Virus record (IMG/VR): IMGVR_UViG_3300020401_000073
Coordinates: 1-27,469 of that record
Direction: 5' to 3' (one strand)
Origin: a virus
Lineage: Duplodnaviria; Caudoviricetes
DNA: 27,469 nucleotides
A model generated the notes under the pieces. That model was not told where the DNA came from. It did not search any database and saw nothing but the letters and a program-made list of their open reading frames with translations. Below are positions 15,678 through 23,714 of the stretch, piece by piece. Numbering within the stretch: position 1 is the stretch's first letter; each line of letters opens with the position of its first letter. The position numbers were made by a program, and so were the translations under genes.

Positions 15678-17035
15678 TTTTTTTTTGAACGAGATAAAAC
15701 TTCTGCCAGTCTACGTGAAAGCCTTACTACAGATTCTCTTTTGCCTCTGTCTGCTGGTTCTTCACCGCCTGTTGCTGGTTCACTTGCTGAAAAGTCGTCT
15801 GCCTGATCTGGCATATCGTCATCACTTGCTGGTTCCTCTGCTGGTACCTCAGGTTCAGCACCCATTTGCGTTGGTGCTTGTTCGCCTGTTACAATGGCTA
15901 CGCCACCGGTTAGTGACTCTCTTGTAGTTTCTAGTGTTGAGTATAAACTCTCTAGTGCTGGTTTAATTTGATTTTCAAATGCCTCTGATTGTTCAGAACC
16001 CATTTCGTCTCTAATTGCGTCAGTTAATTCTAGTAAGCCTTCTGACATCATACTTGCTGTGTCTTCCATCCAACCAGTTACTTTGTCAACCATGTCTTTG
16101 GATGCCATTACTAATTGTGCTTCATCTTCAGCGCCTTCTTTTACAACTGATTCATTCTTACAGTTTGCCGCGTATAATTTCTCAAATTTTTCTTTACCGC
16201 AACCGTATTTTTCTTTTACTTTAGATAGCATTTCATTTTTTGAACAACCACTTGCAAAAAGTTTTTTCATTTCGCCTACACAGCCAGCCTCGTCAAACGT
16301 GTTGTCTTGTCCGTGCTCTTTTACTTTTTTGTTTTCTTTGTCTTTAGCCGCTTTTTTCATTGGCTCTGTTTTGTTGCCATCTTTGTCTAAATCTATATAA
16401 TCTGGTTTTGCTTTTTCGTTCATAACTTTTGCTAATAAATCTTCTGCATCTTGTAAAGTGTATTCTTTGCCGTCTACTTTGAATTTATCGCCTTTTTTCA
16501 TACCTGCCGCTTTTGCTTTTTGTACTGCCTGTGCAAATGCATTTCCTTCCATAGGTCCATCTTGTGTTGCAATCTGATGTTGCACTGTGTCTAGACCTTT
16601 GTCTTTGATATCTTTAATCATATCATTTAGTATTTTGTTTGCATATTCTTGATCATGGTCTTTAGGCGTTGAAAACATATGAGCCTGTATTCTTTCAATT
16701 GCCTCTTTTTCATCTGAGGAATCCATGATTTCTTCTTTTGCATCTCTTTGAGCAATATCCCAGTAATCTCCACCTTCGTTGGTTTGTCTTTCTTCAATTG
16801 CTCTGTCTAATAAATCTAATAACATTCTTTGCTTTTGATAGTCTTCTGAATCATTCAATGAATCAAAACTCAAAGCATTTTGAATCTGGCTTAATTTGCC
16901 TATTACTTTTTGTCTTGTGCTTTCTAATTGATCTGTGCTGAAAGAGTGTAAATTTACTTTTTCGCCAAAGATTTGAGCGAATTTGTCATTCACTTGCTCT
17001 GCTGTAATTTCTGCTTTTAATTGGTCTAATCTCAT
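15671..17035 (-). CDS. Acidic, probably virion-internal/core protein (454 aa)
   Basis: TAAATA at 17056-17061, EAQLVMASKDMVDKVTGWMED domain, KPDYIDLDKDGN motif, multiple xxE putative protease sites. Confidence 0.75.
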   Translation of the reverse strand: MRLDQLKAEITAEQVNDKFAQIFGEKVNLHSFSTDQLESTRQKVIGKLSQIQNALSFDSLNDSEDYQKQRMLLDLLDRAIEERQTNEGGDYWDIAQRDAKEEIMDSSDEKEAIERIQAHMFSTPKDHDQEYANKILNDMIKDIKDKGLDTVQHQIATQDGPMEGNAFAQAVQKAKAAGMKKGDKFKVDGKEYTLQDAEDLLAKVMNEKAKPDYIDLDKDGNKTEPMKKAAKDKENKKVKEHGQDNTFDEAGCVGEMKKLFASGCSKNEMLSKVKEKYGCGKEKFEKLYAANCKNESVVKEGAEDEAQLVMASKDMVDKVTGWMEDTASMMSEGLLELTDAIRDEMGSEQSEAFENQIKPALESLYSTLETTRESLTGGVAIVTGEQAPTQMGAEPEVPAEEPASDDDMPDQADDFSASEPATGGEEPADRGKRESVVRLSRRLAEVLSRSKKKA

Positions 17036-17054
17036 AATTTATTGTACCTACGTT

Positions 17055-17477
17055 TTATTTATCAAACACAATGTCTAACAATGTCTGCTTGATTGTATTT
17101 AAATCTTCCCATGCTATTTCATACCGTATTGTGATAGTCTGTTTGTACTGTTCATCACTGCTTTTTTCAAGCACACTCTTGTAATTCACGCATTCTAGGT
17201 ATTTTTCTTGCAATCTGCGGTCCATATCCACAATGTGCTTGATATCTGTGTTGCCCTTTGCTGTGGCTACTGCACAGGCAACAGCGCCTGTTTTACTGAA
17301 GAATGTTGCGATCTGTTTGTTGTAACGTAAATCTATCACGAGATGGTTATGTTTGTTCTTTCTAATAACAATGTGCTTGATTCTAATACTGTTGCCTTTT
17401 TGAATAGGCACACAATACTTTTGGATAGACTTATCTATTAATTCTGCAAGTTTAAGACTTAAATTTTTCTGGGTCAT
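17055..17477 (-). CDS. Phage hypothetical protein
   Basis: 140-aa ORF in the operon, P.QKGNSIRI and FSKTGAVA motifs. Confidence 0.75.
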   Translation of the reverse strand: MTQKNLSLKLAELIDKSIQKYCVPIQKGNSIRIKHIVIRKNKHNHLVIDLRYNKQIATFFSKTGAVACAVATAKGNTDIKHIVDMDRRLQEKYLECVNYKSVLEKSSDEQYKQTITIRYEIAWEDLNTIKQTLLDIVFDK

Positions 17478-17670
17478 TCACTACCAACATAATTGAGTCT
17501 TTCATTTGAATTTTGGTTAGCAATCCTTTTCTAATGCAAGACTCTGCAACAAATTTTTCTCTATCTGTTAAAATGTTCAACGCACATGGTTGCTTCATTT
17601 TGCGTAACAGATCCTCTTCCTCATTGGAGGTATAGATATAAAATTTATCTATAAGTTCATTGAGTTGCAT
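17452..17670 (-). CDS. Small hypothetical protein (possibly winged-helix-like)
   Basis: MQLNELI start, LTDREKFVAESCIRKGLL, TAATG coupling. Confidence 0.7.
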   Translation of the reverse strand: MQLNELIDKFYIYTSNEEEDLLRKMKQPCALNILTDREKFVAESCIRKGLLTKIQMKDSIMLVVNDPEKFKS

Positions 17671-18050
17671 TAGGATTGGCTCCTTACCCTTCTCATTATG
17701 TTTGTAATAACAGGTTCAAGGTCTTTTTGGTTTATTGTGGTTGTTGTAGGTTCGCCTTGTTTTGGTCTTGGATTTTTCAATGTTACTTGATCATTATCCA
17801 CTTTGTCTATTTCAAAATCTTGTTCTCTATTAGGACTAACAGGCAATGGGATTTTGGCACCAGGACGCATCAATTGTTTTGTGATTGCTTTGTCCATTCT
17901 CTGTCCTACATTTTTAGTGCCTGTAGATTTAATATTGCCAGATGGTAAAGTGTTAGGTGGAATAGGTTTGCCTGTTTTTAGTCTACTAGGACCAATCTTT
18001 TTGATTAAGTCTTTCATGTAATCAGATTCTATTATTTCTTTGTATCTCAT
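17670..18050 (-). CDS. Hypothetical protein with capsid-targeting-like N-terminus
   Basis: MRYKEIIESD. Confidence 0.7.
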   Translation of the reverse strand: MRYKEIIESDYMKDLIKKIGPSRLKTGKPIPPNTLPSGNIKSTGTKNVGQRMDKAITKQLMRPGAKIPLPVSPNREQDFEIDKVDNDQVTLKNPRPKQGEPTTTTINQKDLEPVITNIMRRVRSQS

Positions 18051-18051
18051 T

Positions 18052-18396
18052 TTATTTTCTAATTGGCTTACGTCTACCGTAACTAACTGATCTACCTGGG
18101 TTTCTAATTTTTGCTCTTTTTAAAGTAGTTGGTCTATTAAGTTTTGCAATACGTCTAGAACCTGTTGCTCTTTTAGTACGAGCAGTTTTTACTTTAATGA
18201 CAGATCCTCTTCTTGCTTTGGCTTTCTTAATTGCAAATATTGATCCTACTTTTTTGGGTTGTGTACATACTCCTGGTGATGATACAATACGTCCTTTTCT
18301 CGGACCAGATGTGCATCTGTATTTCCGTACCATTTTACCACCTGTACGACTCCAAATCTGTACGACGCCTTCTGATATGATTTCTTTGATTTGCAT
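18052..18396 (-). CDS. Highly basic hypothetical protein, probably nucleic-acid binding/virion
   Basis: MQIKEIISEG, VRKYRCTSGPRKGRIV motif, K/R-rich, TAAATA at 18402-18407. Confidence 0.75.
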   Translation of the reverse strand: MQIKEIISEGVVQIWSRTGGKMVRKYRCTSGPRKGRIVSSPGVCTQPKKVGSIFAIKKAKARRGSVIKVKTARTKRATGSRRIAKLNRPTTLKRAKIRNPGRSVSYGRRKPIRK

Positions 18397-18429
18397 ACCA
18401 GTATTTAGTGATTATGTAAGGGTTGTTTA

Positions 18430-18663
18430 TTATCCAGGAAATTTAAGGAGCAGTACAACAATGGTACTCAAGAGCCCTGCAACAATAGTACCAGTAGCAC
18501 CAATGATTACTTTCACCATGCTTTTGTTACCTGACTGTATGTCCTCGTGGATATTTTCTACCTTTTCCTCGATTTTTTCTAAACGAGTTTCAAGGTTTTT
18601 ATATCTCTGTTCGCACAAATCTACGTGTGCTTCTAAGTTTTCTTTTTCTAATTTGGTCGCCAT
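18430..18663 (-). CDS. Coiled-coil plus C-terminal TM protein (XhlA/holin-like architecture)
   Basis: ATG 18663 with SD GAGGAG, EKENLEAHVDLCEQRY..LE.RL..IE.KV, C-terminal hydrophobic helix. Confidence 0.7.
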   Translation of the reverse strand: MATKLEKENLEAHVDLCEQRYKNLETRLEKIEEKVENIHEDIQSGNKSMVKVIIGATGTIVAGLLSTIVVLLLKFPG

Positions 18664-18747
18664 TTTGCTCCTCGCTTCCAATGTTAATTTTGCTCTGTGG
18701 AAGAGGCCTAGTGTTCTGCCTATTTTTAATTAGCGCCTATACAGTTT

Positions 18748-18755
18748 TATTTATA
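18748..18755 (-). promoter_or_regulatory. T4-type late promoter
   Basis: TATAAATA. Confidence 0.7.
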
Positions 18756-19193
18756 TTATGTGTTATCTGCATTATCAGAAGTGTTAATGAACAATATGTT
18801 TGCCTTGTCTTCATCCCTTGTTAAAAACAGTTCGTTGTGCTTTTTGATAGTTTCATCCAATCCATTTATCATTGGCACAAGGTCAAAATCATCCTTTAAC
18901 ATATTTCCATTAATCGCATCTGCTTGGTCAGGCGTTGCTGTTACACTCCACACTTTTTGTTTGCCTTGGAAGTCTTTGCCAAACAAATATTTGTCAACAA
19001 TTTGTTCTTTTACAACAACATCACCAAATTCCATATTGGTTCTAAGCATGGCACAGTTTTGAAAAGTTAACCAATTTGTTTGTTGATCAACTGCTTTACC
19101 TTCATCGTTTCTGTTCCGATGTTTTCCTGTTGGTGTAATATCTATTAACGTGTGTATTGTGTAACTCATATGACAGTTTCTCTCGTCCAACAA
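18756..19193 (-). CDS. Conserved phage hypothetical protein (likely start at the internal MSY)
   Basis: TLIDIT.TG, QQ.NW.T, L..DFD.VP.I.GLDET motifs. Confidence 0.75.
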   Translation of the reverse strand: MLDERNCHMSYTIHTLIDITPTGKHRNRNDEGKAVDQQTNWLTFQNCAMLRTNMEFGDVVVKEQIVDKYLFGKDFQGKQKVWSVTATPDQADAINGNMLKDDFDLVPMINGLDETIKKHNELFLTRDEDKANILFINTSDNADNT

Positions 19194-19206
19194 TACTTAT
19201 GGAGAT

Positions 19207-19242
19207 AAAAAAAAGGGCGATCCTAAAAAGAACCGCCCTTTT
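19207..19242 (-). terminator. Rho-independent terminator
   Basis: AAAGGGCGGTTC-TTTTTAG-GATCGCCC followed by T8. Confidence 0.85.
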
Positions 19243-19266
19243 AGATTGATTTAACTCAAGTGATTA

Positions 19267-19539
19267 TTAGTCACCTTTTTGTTGGAAAGTGCCTACAAGA
19301 GTACATCCTGTTAATGAAGGTGTACCTGTTCCTTGTACTGCAATAATGTCACCATTTTGCATAGCGCCTGAGTTAGATGCTTCTACAGCCACTACTGTGA
19401 AACCTTCTCTGTTCGCTTCTAAACGAATAGTATCGATTCCATTAGCAGACACGTTATCAACTGATAAGATGTGTGTAGTTGCGCCTAAACCATTTACTTT
19501 AGCATCAGCACTGAAATTGTTGTTTGTTAAACTTGGCAT
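19267..19539 (-). CDS. Small putative virion structural protein
   Basis: MPSLT start, G/A/T/N-rich, own TATAAATA promoter, SD AGGAG and terminator. Confidence 0.75.
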   Translation of the reverse strand: MPSLTNNNFSADAKVNGLGATTHILSVDNVSANGIDTIRLEANREGFTVVAVEASNSGAMQNGDIIAVQGTGTPSLTGCTLVGTFQQKGD

Positions 19540-19544
19540 TTTAC

Positions 19545-19620
19545 TTCTCCTATTTTCTCGTTAATGCCGACACACGCTCCGTGCGTCGAAGTTAAAATTA
19601 TTTATACATTTTGGTAAAAA
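19545..19620 (-). promoter_or_regulatory. Late promoter plus structured leader, copy 1
   Basis: TTTTTACCAAAAT-G-TATAAATA, hairpin CGACGCAC-GGAGC-GTGTGTCG, GCATTAACGAGAAAA, AGGAGAA. Confidence 0.75.
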
Positions 19621-19636
19621 ACTATTGCACAGTCGT

Positions 19637-19667
19637 AAAAAAAGGGCGTTTAATGTTCAAACGCCCT
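19637..19667 (-). terminator. Rho-independent terminator
   Basis: AGGGCGTTT-GAACATT-AAACGCCC followed by T7. Confidence 0.85.
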
Positions 19668-19695
19668 AATTTTATTATTAGATTACTTTCAACTA

Positions 19696-20061
19696 TTACG
19701 CGAAAGTTAATTGATCTGCCGCCGCTACTACTGTGTCAGTACCTACACCGTCAATTGCCTCTAACAATCTAGCGATTGAAGTCGCGTCATGTTGTGAGTC
19801 GTCAACGATTAATGCAAGTGTTCCTGCCGCACCTGTTGGAGCGAAGTAGGCTATTGCATTTGTACCTTTAACAGCCAATTCAACGATTTGATCTGCTTCA
19901 CCGGCACCATCACCATCTGCGTCTCTTAAGTCCACAGCAGTGTTTGAACCATTAGAAGTTGATCTAATTGTTGCTACGTAGAAGCCAAGATTTGCGTTTT
20001 GAAAAACAGTTCCTGTAACAAAGTTGTTCAAGAAACCATTTACTTTTGTTATACTAGGCAT
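19696..20061 (-). CDS. Small putative virion structural protein
   Basis: MPSITKVNG start, Ala/Gly/Asp-rich, own late promoter, SD and terminator. Confidence 0.78.
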   Translation of the reverse strand: MPSITKVNGFLNNFVTGTVFQNANLGFYVATIRSTSNGSNTAVDLRDADGDGAGEADQIVELAVKGTNAIAYFAPTGAAGTLALIVDDSQHDATSIARLLEAIDGVGTDTVVAAADQLTFA

Positions 20062-20065
20062 TTCT

Positions 20066-20143
20066 TTTCTCCTTTTTTCTCGTTAATGCCCTAATCCACG
20101 CTCAGTGGATGAGGTTACTATTATTTATAGATTTTGGTAAAAA
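20066..20143 (-). promoter_or_regulatory. Late promoter plus structured leader, copy 2
   Basis: TTTTTACCAAAAT-C-TATAAATA, hairpin ATCCAC-TGAGC-GTGGAT, GCATTAACGAGAAAA, AGGAGAA. Confidence 0.75.
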
Positions 20144-20157
20144 TTTAACTGGAACGT

Positions 20158-21069
20158 TTACTTTTTATTCTTTTTTGCCCTATCTGCCAATGCACGAAGC
20201 ATACTGACATAAGAAGGACCACCTGACACAATATCGTGCAACATTTTAATTGCTGGTAGATATGCTTGTACCACAGTGCTTGGAATACTCTTGTTGCTTA
20301 AGGCAAGTTCTACAAAACGTTTTACGAGCACAATGTTTTTAGTGCCTACTAGATATCTGTACAATGATAATTCTTTTCCTTGTACGTTGATATCAGGAAT
20401 ACTGATCTTAGGTTCGTTGTCTGCAACTCTACCTGTTTCTAAATTTCTATCAGCAACCAATCGTTCTAAGTCGTCAATAATGTCCGAACTTCTTAACTTG
20501 GCTCTAACAGCATGGATTAGTTTGGTTACTGTGTTTTGCCTGTCAATAGTAGTAACACCATCATAATCCATCAAAGTTCTACGTATTGCTTTGTATGTTG
20601 TGTTTTTAATATTAAGACCTGATTCAATATTAAGGAACATCTGTGTGTTTCCTCTGGACATACTGCCAATGCTTATTCTACTCAAATATCTATTGACTGC
20701 CATTAATGGTAAAGTAGTTTTCTTTCTCAATGCCATTGCACTCTTAGGGTCTTTTAATTTGTTCATTGCTTCTTGATCACCTGTCACAAAGTATATAAAG
20801 TTGTACAAATCTGTTGCACTCATTCTAAATCTATTATAGTTGGTGTATGCCACAGTTTGTTTGGCATAGTTTCTAGCAGACACTCTGTGCCTTGCATATT
20901 TGTTTAACAGTTCAATCACCAATAATGAAAGGTAAGTTCTTTCACAACAGTCTGTGTAGGTTAAGACTTTTTGATCACGTGTGTCGCGAGTCATTCTCGC
21001 TTCGTATAGCGAATGAATAAAGTCCATGTGTTTGGAGTTTTTAGTAAATTCCTGGCTCTGCTTGTCCAT
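20158..21069 (-). CDS. Conserved phage hypothetical protein (alternative start 21027)
   Basis: 303-aa ORF, MDFI..LYEARM, YAKQT......FR.SATDLYN motifs. Confidence 0.8.
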   Translation of the reverse strand: MDKQSQEFTKNSKHMDFIHSLYEARMTRDTRDQKVLTYTDCCERTYLSLLVIELLNKYARHRVSARNYAKQTVAYTNYNRFRMSATDLYNFIYFVTGDQEAMNKLKDPKSAMALRKKTTLPLMAVNRYLSRISIGSMSRGNTQMFLNIESGLNIKNTTYKAIRRTLMDYDGVTTIDRQNTVTKLIHAVRAKLRSSDIIDDLERLVADRNLETGRVADNEPKISIPDINVQGKELSLYRYLVGTKNIVLVKRFVELALSNKSIPSTVVQAYLPAIKMLHDIVSGGPSYVSMLRALADRAKKNKK

Positions 21070-21424
21070 CTTTTGCCCCTAGGTACATACTTTTAAACAA
21101 TTGAACCATATCATTTGTTTCTAAAAACTTTGATAATGTTTCACTGTTTTGAATGGCTTTAGTGAACTCTGACCTAATCATAGGTTTAACCTGGGTGCTA
21201 GTCATTAATTTACGGATTGTGTCAGCCTGTCTTGCCGTAACTTTAAACTTTTTACCATCATCAGTAATGACTGTGTCTAATGGATTAGGATTTCCTTGGC
21301 TGTCCAAAATTTTACCTAATTGATTGAACATAGGTTCTTGTTTAAAATCCTTGTCCATTCCTCTATTAGGATCATCTAAATCATCAATGTCTTTGTATTC
21401 TTTAATAAACTCTTTTGCTTTCAT
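21041..21424 (-). CDS. Hypothetical protein with capsid-targeting-like N-terminus
   Basis: MKAKEFIKEY, SD AGGAG, TAAATA at 21440-21445. Confidence 0.8.
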   Translation of the reverse strand: MKAKEFIKEYKDIDDLDDPNRGMDKDFKQEPMFNQLGKILDSQGNPNPLDTVITDDGKKFKVTARQADTIRKLMTSTQVKPMIRSEFTKAIQNSETLSKFLETNDMVQLFKSMYLGAKDGQAEPGIY

Positions 21425-21434
21425 TGTGTTCTCC

Positions 21435-22574
21435 TTATCTATTTATCGCTCTGTTGGCTCTTGAGAATCCAGAACGTTTCACCAATTTAATGCTGTTGCC
21501 ACCAGCACCTGCGACATAACCTTCGCCACCCTTTTCGCCATCTATTGTTGCAATAATATCTGATCCTGTTGCATCCAATTGGTCAACCATCATATCTTTA
21601 GTTTCCATCACAGTTGCGATAGTTCTAAATACTGCATCAAATCCAGTTTTGTTTCGCACAATATATTCTTTAATTCTTATTTTCTTTGGAGAACTTACTG
21701 CACTATTTTCTAACCATTGCCCAAAGTCTTTGCCTAAATTATCTAAGCCTGTGTCTACTTTGCTGTTCACGTATGCATACAGCACATTAGGTAAATCAGT
21801 AAGTTTAAGTTCTTGCAGTTTACCTTTGTTTAAAAACATATCAATTGCACCTGCGTTTTTTCTTACTTCTGCTTCTGCTGATTGAAGCATTGATAGGTCA
21901 ACATTTCCCGGATGTGTTTTAGTTGCAGGCGGTAGTGCTAACAAACCATTGTCTTTGAACATTGTAGTATCATTCAGCGGACTAATAGATCCTTGTTCGT
22001 TCATTGTGTGATGTATAACAACACCAACTCTACTGTTGCCAATACGTTTGCCAATTTCACTATTTGCATCTACACTATATTCTACAACATTAGGCTTGAA
22101 TACAAAACGGCTTCCTTGTTTTTTTGGTTGTTGAAAGTATAGCATATCTCCAACAAAATAACCTTGAAACTTGTCTGGCATAGATTTTAATACAGTTGGA
22201 AATGCTTGTTTCATTTTCATACTGTATTGTGCATATGATTTCCTTTTGCTTTCGTCTTTCACTCTATTCATTATCATAGATTCAAGATCATCTGCATTTG
22301 TGCTTTTGCCATCATAATTTTTAGCATTGAATCCTGCTTTGTCTGTAAAAATAAATTCGTTGTTAGGATTAAAACCAAACACTACTGCTGGTGAACCATC
22401 CCATTTAATAGACACACCTTGTTTACCACCTGCTATATCTTTCAGCATATCTATTGCCTTCAAAGCACCTTGATGTCCTTGAAATAGAATTAAGTCTTCG
22501 GCGTGTTGTATTCTTGCTGACTCAACAATGGCTTTGCATTTGCCAGATGTTTTTTTAAACTCTACAAGTTTCAT
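21435..22574 (-). CDS. RNA-ligase-like nucleotidyltransferase-fold protein (DUF6267-like)
   Basis: SIKWDGSPA (motif I KxDG), FVGDMLY (motif III-like), GEGYV (motif IV), IKLVKR (motif V). Confidence 0.7.
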   Translation of the reverse strand: MKLVEFKKTSGKCKAIVESARIQHAEDLILFQGHQGALKAIDMLKDIAGGKQGVSIKWDGSPAVVFGFNPNNEFIFTDKAGFNAKNYDGKSTNADDLESMIMNRVKDESKRKSYAQYSMKMKQAFPTVLKSMPDKFQGYFVGDMLYFQQPKKQGSRFVFKPNVVEYSVDANSEIGKRIGNSRVGVVIHHTMNEQGSISPLNDTTMFKDNGLLALPPATKTHPGNVDLSMLQSAEAEVRKNAGAIDMFLNKGKLQELKLTDLPNVLYAYVNSKVDTGLDNLGKDFGQWLENSAVSSPKKIRIKEYIVRNKTGFDAVFRTIATVMETKDMMVDQLDATGSDIIATIDGEKGGEGYVAGAGGNSIKLVKRSGFSRANRAINR

Positions 22575-23326
22575 TCTGGAATCCTGTCCATTAAGTTTCT
22601 AAACCACACAGGAGTTCCTGTAATAATATGTTCTGGTAACTCTTTTCCTATTTTGCTGAAACTGTCTTTAGCATCTGCAATCAATTCATTGTAGTCTGTT
22701 CTATTTTTAATCTTTGCGTGTATAGTTTCTACATTGGACAAGTCTTTTCCTGTTGCACCTTTACCTAGTAATAACTCTGCAATTTTGTTTGGCTCTTTTG
22801 TGATTACTTCATTTGTTTCTCTATCAATCAAACCGGATTTAAAACTCCATTTGTATCCTTGTGGTTTTGCAATACTGGCTAACATCACGTGTCTGTCACT
22901 TCCTTTAAAAGCACTGCCCACAGTGCCACTTAAACTAAACTTCATCCATTCAGGATCACCAAACATGAAATCAGTTTGCACATTTCCATTTTTTGGATTG
23001 CCTTGTATAGGCGTTTTGAAATGCACACTTACTCCGCTCTTCTTAATATATTCTGCAGGATCCATATTCTTAGAACGCAACCAACCTGATAGTTTAGCAA
23101 TTAATTGTTCTTTGTTGATCTTTTCTTGATCAACAGCAAGATCAATATCACCCGACGAAGGTGCAAGTCCTGTTGTGCCAAGTTTGTAATCAGTAAGTTC
23201 TAGTCCTGTGATTGTTTCAAGCCATTGCACAGTTGGCTCTACATCTACTCTATTAATTCTAATTGTATCCGGCTGTCCATCTGCATTCTTGAAGATGTTT
23301 CCGCCCTCGTTAATTCTTTTTTTCAT
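22571..23326 (-). CDS. Pol-beta-superfamily nucleotidyltransferase
   Basis: LGTTG....SGDIDL (hG[S/T]..DxD) and third Asp in VQTDFM. Confidence 0.75.
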   Translation of the reverse strand: MKKRINEGGNIFKNADGQPDTIRINRVDVEPTVQWLETITGLELTDYKLGTTGLAPSSGDIDLAVDQEKINKEQLIAKLSGWLRSKNMDPAEYIKKSGVSVHFKTPIQGNPKNGNVQTDFMFGDPEWMKFSLSGTVGSAFKGSDRHVMLASIAKPQGYKWSFKSGLIDRETNEVITKEPNKIAELLLGKGATGKDLSNVETIHAKIKNRTDYNELIADAKDSFSKIGKELPEHIITGTPVWFRNLMDRIPE

Positions 23327-23564
23327 CGATAATCTTCTTTATTCCAACCTTAAATTTCTTAGGATCACCGTTCTTGATGCTGTTGATAAAACGTCTTTCA
23401 AGTTCTATTGCTGTTTCCTCTGGGTAGTGGCTCTGTATCACACCTAGTAAATTGACTGCACTTTCAATAAGATTACTGCCAGTTGTTTCCAAAAAGTGTT
23501 CTGTGTTTCTGCTCTCGGAAATCCTGTTAAGTTCATCCAAAATTGAACGTGTTTTTTTCTTCAT
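23310..23564 (-). CDS. Conserved phage hypothetical protein
   Basis: MKKKTRSILDELN...IESAVNL...ELERRFINSIK..DP.KF..GI. Confidence 0.8.
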   Translation of the reverse strand: MKKKTRSILDELNRISESRNTEHFLETTGSNLIESAVNLLGVIQSHYPEETAIELERRFINSIKNGDPKKFKVGIKKIIDEKKN

Positions 23565-23631
23565 AAATGACCCTTTTTCACTATTTACCGTATATAAGTC
23601 AGAAATGACAAAGGATAAAGCATTAGTGAAC

Positions 23632-23660
23632 AGTATAACATAGACTTAATACCTTGTCAA
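23632..23660 (-). promoter_or_regulatory. Sigma70-type promoter
   Basis: TTGACA-17-TATACT in the divergent intergenic region. A TAAATA also lies at 23582-23587. Confidence 0.7.
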
Positions 23661-23714
23661 CAACCAAAAATTAAAGGGTATATTGCCCATAGATAAATAC
23701 ATATATTATAATTT

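Noticed and set aside
19545-19620. CsrA/RsmA site in leader copy 1 (ACGGA loop)
   Set aside because: The second copy has TGAGC without GGA, so the conserved feature is nGAGC rather than the CsrA consensus.
69-23447. Numerous plus-strand ORFs in the track (for example 69-287, 10564-10914, 18197-18733, 22734-23129)
   Set aside because: They are antisense shadows of well-supported minus-strand genes, with no SD or motifs and mirror-image composition.
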